IMG/VR virus record: IMGVR_UViG_3300010149_000002
Span: 1-64,000 of that record
Direction: 5' to 3' (one strand)
Origin: a virus
DNA length: 64,000 nucleotides
The notes under the pieces: generated by a model
Database searches by the model: none
Told to the model about the DNA's origin: nothing
What the model saw: only the letters and a program-made list of their open reading frames with translations
In this document: piece after piece, positions 60,701-64,000 of the stretch
How the letters are laid out: each line of letters opens with the position of its first letter
How positions within the stretch are numbered: the first letter of the stretch is position 1
Translations under genes and position numbers: made by a program

Positions 60701-61726
60701 AGTAGATATTTCACAATTAGCACTAGTACCTTCTGATACATCACCTTCTTGTATAGTGTCTGTTATTATGTCGGCAGGTTCTGTAATGCTTCCTGCTGTT
60801 ATGTTGTTTAAGTTACCCTCTTCCTTACTAACAAATCTTACTGTATCTGTATTTGTTATTGATACACTAAATTGATCTACTAGTTCATTAAAAAGTACAT
60901 TTGCTGTATTCTCTGCAACAGTTTGAGCATCGTCTGTTCCTCCAATTTTAACTTCAATTCCTACTTTACCTAATGTTCCTTCATCTTGAGGCTCTTCTGT
61001 AGTAGTTCCTGATTCAGAGTACCAAACATAAAATGATTGGTCTAAACTATCTATTGTAAAATATTTTCCGATATAAATTGAACCTGTTTCTGTTTTTAAA
61101 AATTGTATTGTAGATTGTTCTGGAATTGTTACATTACTTGAATTATTAGATACTACAAATCTAGATGTAGGAGCACCTAGTACAAGTACATTATTGTTGT
61201 CTTTATATCCAAATAAAACTTTATATGCTACCTTTGACTGTGGTGGTAGGAAACCTGAACTTAAAGGTAATGTTTTAGCTGATAGATCAATTGCTTTTGG
61301 AGCACCTGCATCAATTGGATCTACATTTGCAAGTTGCGACTCACTAGATGCTGATATTTTTTTAATACCATCAGAGCTTGTAAAATATAGATTACCATTT
61401 ACTTCTTCTGCCTTTATTCTAAACCCATCTTCAACTTCATTAAACTGTCCAGAAAAAGCACTAAAGTTTCCTGATCCATCGTCATATTCTAGCGTGTCAT
61501 TGTAGTATCTTATAATTCTATTCTTATAGTCTAGTACTTGCTTTACTCTGTAAGGAGTTTCAGGTAATTCAGATCCGTAGTCATTAAAACCTCTTCTAGA
61601 GCTTAGAACTCCTAGTTCATCTATGTTTACATTGTCAGCGATTACATGGCTTCCTTCTGGAGCTTGTAGTTCTGATAAAAATGTATATAGCCCTGCAGCT
61701 TTAATTGTATTGGATCTTTGAGACAC
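57743..61726 (-). CDS. Tail nozzle / tubular protein B-like with large insertions
   Basis: N-terminal 'ADNVNID..GVLSSRRG', 'RIYYSK...PEA.P', beta-propeller pattern; follows the adaptor gene. Confidence 0.65.
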   Translation of the reverse strand: MSQRSNTIKAAGLYTFLSELQAPEGSHVIADNVNIDELGVLSSRRGFNDYGSELPETPYRVKQVLDYKNRIIRYYNDTLEYDDGSGNFSAFSGQFNEVEDGFRIKAEEVNGNLYFTSSDGIKKISASSESQLANVDPIDAGAPKAIDLSAKTLPLSSGFLPPQSKVAYKVLFGYKDNNNVLVLGAPTSRFVVSNNSSNVTIPEQSTIQFLKTETGSIYIGKYFTIDSLDQSFYVWYSESGTTTEEPQDEGTLGKVGIEVKIGGTDDAQTVAENTANVLFNELVDQFSVSITNTDTVRFVSKEEGNLNNITAGSITEPADIITDTIQEGDVSEGTSANCEISTIIPDGVTTDYFVQVYRTSVITVSQGLDINDIDPGEDCNLVFEQPVTQSARSTITITDQTPNSFRDTGTPLYNNPISGQGILQANNVPPIAKDIETFNNYTFYSNTKTFHRNQFTFVSVDDFGDEETSIVVGNEDVAREYVFQGEQEVTEIVCDTVANTLETNANDSYIIINSANNERKYYIWFDKGTGVNPFIDAATSIRVDLSADGIVAGDNVGQYLELALLEFGDFNITYDNVDTVTITNVNNGDTIDTSTPNSVLDSNGVLQTDNSSTDLEDTSGTGGGGSTWTITVNQQGRGEDSSTNRVLWSILPSVGQAIEETARSFVRIINKDVSSPVRATYLSGENDLPGLVLLENKDLEDKPFYIGIKNVGSIGSDIGAEFNPELPVINEDVTGIASAPLDSSVTRISTGTEHGLSIGDEIFIYAPDNNPSNDPIINNKFQVVNKVEDVGSGTFYFDIPFTITNSSSIDFLDAFFFAATQNSDNEERPNRIYYSKLQQPEAVPIVNFIDVGGKDEPIERILALRDTLFILKTDGVYTLTGFNAPFNVRLLDNTNNILAPDSAVVLNNQIFALMDDGVSVITESGSSVISRSLENKILEVTGTDVDFRLKTFGLAYENDKAYILWLPTTSEDDNATQCYRYNYYERTWTRWTVPATSARVSRKQNVLYIGDGTRPNLLKERKDRSRTDYADRNFTKQIPDNSILDKRIRLTSFIDVEIGDVLVQSQYVTIDIFNNLLAKLDLDGGVSSIDYEDTLKTKAGDSIADKLEELNLKLIADSISVTSYTWLSNLESIQTNYNALVGELNGASSGTDFKTYTETNQLTKYESIVDGKNEIRPDLNEIFVLVDPRFFEGDIEVYKAIKKVIQWNPLHFGDPSAQKQFSKGTIILDQNNFTKATVSYSSDVSQGFVDIEKNGKGVGYYSSGFYGDPDLYWGGNGNDVPLMNIIPREKQRGRYLNVKFQHGVAREGFRILGVTTVIRAVSDRAYR

Positions 61727-62697
61727 TATCTTCTCCCTTTACCTCTTGTACCAACCCAAAATGTTTGACTAAGTGTGCTGTGTCTTGGGTTTATTTTCTG
61801 TGGAGCACCTTCTACTCTATCCTCTAAAATAGTTTGAATAGAATTTTCCATACCTTGTAGTCTCATCATTGCGTTTCTAAGACCTTCTGTATCTCCTAGT
61901 GCTTCTAGAATATAGATTGACGCTCTTTGTGCTAGTAGTGCATGCATTTCTGTGGGCATATTCAAATAAGGGGAAGTATATTGCTCACATATATACGCAC
62001 CAGTTTCAAGAGAATCTGGTAAATCTTCGGTATTAAATGTTACTGTTTTTTGTGTTCTATTTACGCTAATAGGTTCTATATCATATCCTATAATCTTATT
62101 AGGAACTTTATTAGATACAATATCCATAGTTGGTAAATTAGAAAAATCATCAGGTATAGATACTAATGTTAATGTTGTGGTGTCATTTCCATTATCTGTG
62201 ATAGAGAATGTCTTACCACATTTATCTTCTGTAATAATATCATTTGGCATCATATAGAAATAAACTCTTACAAAGTCTGCTGCAACTTTATTAGATACAA
62301 ACTTTACTCTATCGCCTTCTACATAAAATAGATCTAAGTTATAGCTATATTTGTCAAAATCATTTCTGTAGTCTGATAGTTCCTCTAGAGTAATTCTAGA
62401 TAGCTCGTATACATTATTTTCTCTAATGTAAGATACATCTCTAAGTTTGTTACCTACAGCTCTTTCTGGTATCTTAATTCCTCCTGAGAGGTCGTCAGAA
62501 GAGTCTACAGGTATGTCTATATGATCTACCATATGCTCTTCATTTAGAGACATTATAGTAGCTAATAAGCCTTGTGTGACTTCTTCATTTAAAATTTCTA
62601 GTATGTCCTCATCGGTGAATACAGAAGTATCCGTAGGAATTAATGCTCTATTCCTTACAGATTTTATCAGCTTAGAGGCAATTATAGGTCTTGCCAT
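61726..62697 (-). CDS. Head-tail adaptor / tubular protein A-like
   Basis: 'LIKSVRNRA...FTDEDIL.ILNE' N-terminal helices and 'P.EMH.LL..RA...LE..GD' C-terminal helices. Confidence 0.6.
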   Translation of the reverse strand: MARPIIASKLIKSVRNRALIPTDTSVFTDEDILEILNEEVTQGLLATIMSLNEEHMVDHIDIPVDSSDDLSGGIKIPERAVGNKLRDVSYIRENNVYELSRITLEELSDYRNDFDKYSYNLDLFYVEGDRVKFVSNKVAADFVRVYFYMMPNDIITEDKCGKTFSITDNGNDTTTLTLVSIPDDFSNLPTMDIVSNKVPNKIIGYDIEPISVNRTQKTVTFNTEDLPDSLETGAYICEQYTSPYLNMPTEMHALLAQRASIYILEALGDTEGLRNAMMRLQGMENSIQTILEDRVEGAPQKINPRHSTLSQTFWVGTRGKGRR

Positions 62698-62700
62698 CTA

Positions 62701-63057
62701 TTACTCCATATCAGCTAATTTAGCTTCTAATTCCTTGATTTTAATTTTCATATCTTCTGGTGACATCATATCTACGTCATCAGCTATTTCTTCAAGATCA
62801 CCTTCTAACTCTTCTTCTTCAGAATCATCAATGTCCTCTTCGTATTCTTTTTCTTCATCTGACATAGGCTCGTCTTCCATAAGACCTTTTTTCTTCATAA
62901 GCTCTTGTGCCTTTGTAAGACCTTTTTCAAGACCTTCCTCAGAATCGGCCGCTACAGTTACTTTCTTCATAGAATCTCCGTAGCTATCACCCATCATTTT
63001 GCTCATTTCTTTACTAAGCTCTTTTAATTGGCTTAGTTTAGCATCTTTCTTATCCAT
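62701..63057 (-). CDS. Small acidic late protein
   Basis: AAGGAG RBS before ATG 63057. Confidence 0.6.
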   Translation of the reverse strand: MDKKDAKLSQLKELSKEMSKMMGDSYGDSMKKVTVAADSEEGLEKGLTKAQELMKKKGLMEDEPMSDEEKEYEEDIDDSEEEELEGDLEEIADDVDMMSPEDMKIKIKELEAKLADME

Positions 63058-63132
63058 TTTGTTCTCCTTGCATAAATCACATTTATTACATCCGCAATAC
63101 ATATTTTGTCCTAATTTAATACTATTATATAA

Positions 63133-63148
63133 TACTATAGTTGTTAAA
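63133..63148 (-). promoter_or_regulatory. Late promoter motif (copy 7)
   Basis: Exact 16-mer. Confidence 0.8.
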
Positions 63149-63186
63149 TACTTGTAAGTTTATATACCTGTATTCTTTGGTTTAAT

Positions 63187-63202
63187 GCCCTCCGAAGAGG
63201 GC
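63187..63202 (-). terminator. UUCG-tetraloop hairpin, probable terminator
   Basis: GCCCTC-TTCG-GAGGGC; the U tract is poor. Confidence 0.55.
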
Positions 63203-63209
63203 TAGATTT

Positions 63210-63320
63210 TTATGAGCCTAATAATTTATATCCAGCAGGGATATCAGAAGGATCAGATACTAAAGTTATTACGTTATCTTGACCTTTAGTTGGACTTACT
63301 GGTTTTGTATAAAATGCCAT
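63210..63320 (-). CDS. 36-aa hypothetical protein
   Basis: AAGGAG RBS; MAFYTKPVSPTKGQDN... Confidence 0.45.
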   Translation of the reverse strand: MAFYTKPVSPTKGQDNVITLVSDPSDIPAGYKLLGS

Positions 63321-63331
63321 TATTTATCTCC

Positions 63332-64000
63332 TTATGTATTAGATACTGCTATCAAAAATGTATAGGTGCCATCTATTTCACCATCAAAATTCAAAAAGAA
63401 AGTATTAGAATTGTAATACCCATTTATTGCTCCGTTATTATTATAAGTATAAGTATTTAGAGAATCAAGATTATTAACTGTAAAGTCACTATCTAGCGTT
63501 CCGTCTGAGTTTAAAGCCATAAAAAAATCTCTATCATCGTTTCCACCAACATTTTGAAAAGCCCCAAGAACAATAATTCTTCCATTATCAGCAAAAACAA
63601 AATCTTTTATCTGACCACCATAGGGTGATATAGCTGGTACATTATTTTGAAAGTCAGTATCTATATTACCATCGGACAATATAACCCCAAAACTTTTTCC
63701 ACTAATACTTTGATAATCTCCAATAACATATAAATCATCATTCACAATTCTTAATTTAGGTGTACTTGAACCTACTTCATAAGTGCCATTATTTGTATAT
63801 AAATTTGTCTTATCAAGATTAAGAGTACCATCATCATTCAAAACAACTAAATGTTTATCAAAAGAATTAACACCGTCATCATAAGTCATTCCACCAACAA
63901 GAACTATCGAATTATCGCTTAATAATCCTCCACAAGTAACACCATTAGAACCAAAACTTCCACTAATATTAGAGTTAAAAGAGTTTCCAGTAAAATCAGT
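63332..64000 (-). CDS. C-terminal part of a beta-propeller (delta-60-like repeat) virion/receptor-binding protein
   Basis: Frame open to the window end; repeats LNDDGTL / LSDGNIDTDF / LNSDGTLDSDF. Confidence 0.65.
   Translation of the reverse strand, partial: TDFTGNSFNSNISGSFGSNGVTCGGLLSDNSIVLVGGMTYDDGVNSFDKHLVVLNDDGTLNLDKTNLYTNNGTYEVGSSTPKLRIVNDDLYVIGDYQSISGKSFGVILSDGNIDTDFQNNVPAISPYGGQIKDFVFADNGRIIVLGAFQNVGGNDDRDFFMALNSDGTLDSDFTVNNLDSLNTYTYNNNGAINGYYNSNTFFLNFDGEIDGTYTFLIAVSNT

Noticed and set aside
1158-62983. Many antisense ORFs in the track (e.g. 1158, 3504, 5802, 44486, 51558, 52141, 62576)
   Set aside because: Ser/Phe/Leu-rich shadows of real genes on the opposite strand, without RBSs.
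1-64000. Prophage or temperate module, alternative genetic code, retron or diversity-generating retroelement
   Set aside because: No integrase, repressor, reverse transcriptase or host genes seen; core genes are intact in the standard code and all three stop codons are used.

Overview
The window is most of an AT-rich tailed dsDNA phage genome with podovirus-type virion genes, opened inside the tail-fibre region, so both ends lie in truncated virion genes. Minus-strand late genes occupy 1-11.2 kb (tail fibre, major capsid, scaffold, portal, terminase) and 48.8-64 kb (ejection proteins, nozzle, adaptor). They share an invariant 16-bp promoter-like motif, TTTAACAACTATAGTA, seen 7 times. Plus-strand genes at 11.3-48.8 kb encode early proteins (SprT, pentapeptide-repeat protein, rIIA/rIIB, a PhaR-type DNA-binding protein) and replication and nucleotide functions (PD-(D/E)XK exonuclease, ERF, DnaB-like helicase, primase, PolA, dUTPase, class II RNR, two ClpP-like proteases, HNH nucleases). 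No integrase, repressor or RNA polymerase is recognisable. The most unusual signals are: (1) at least ten sigma-54-type -24/-12 boxes (TGGCA-N6-TTGCW), found only between 15 and 28 kb, clustered at the probable genome end and embedded in early genes; (2) a complex non-coding region at 14.9-16.7 kb with a duplicated regulatory module and a ~400-nt hairpin-rich putative RNA faced by an antisense late promoter; (3) a promoter-driven pair of RNAs: a ~125-nt ACCA-ending structured RNA and a tRNA-like RNA whose expanded anticodon arm can base-pair with it. All family assignments come from motif recognition by eye. No searches were run.
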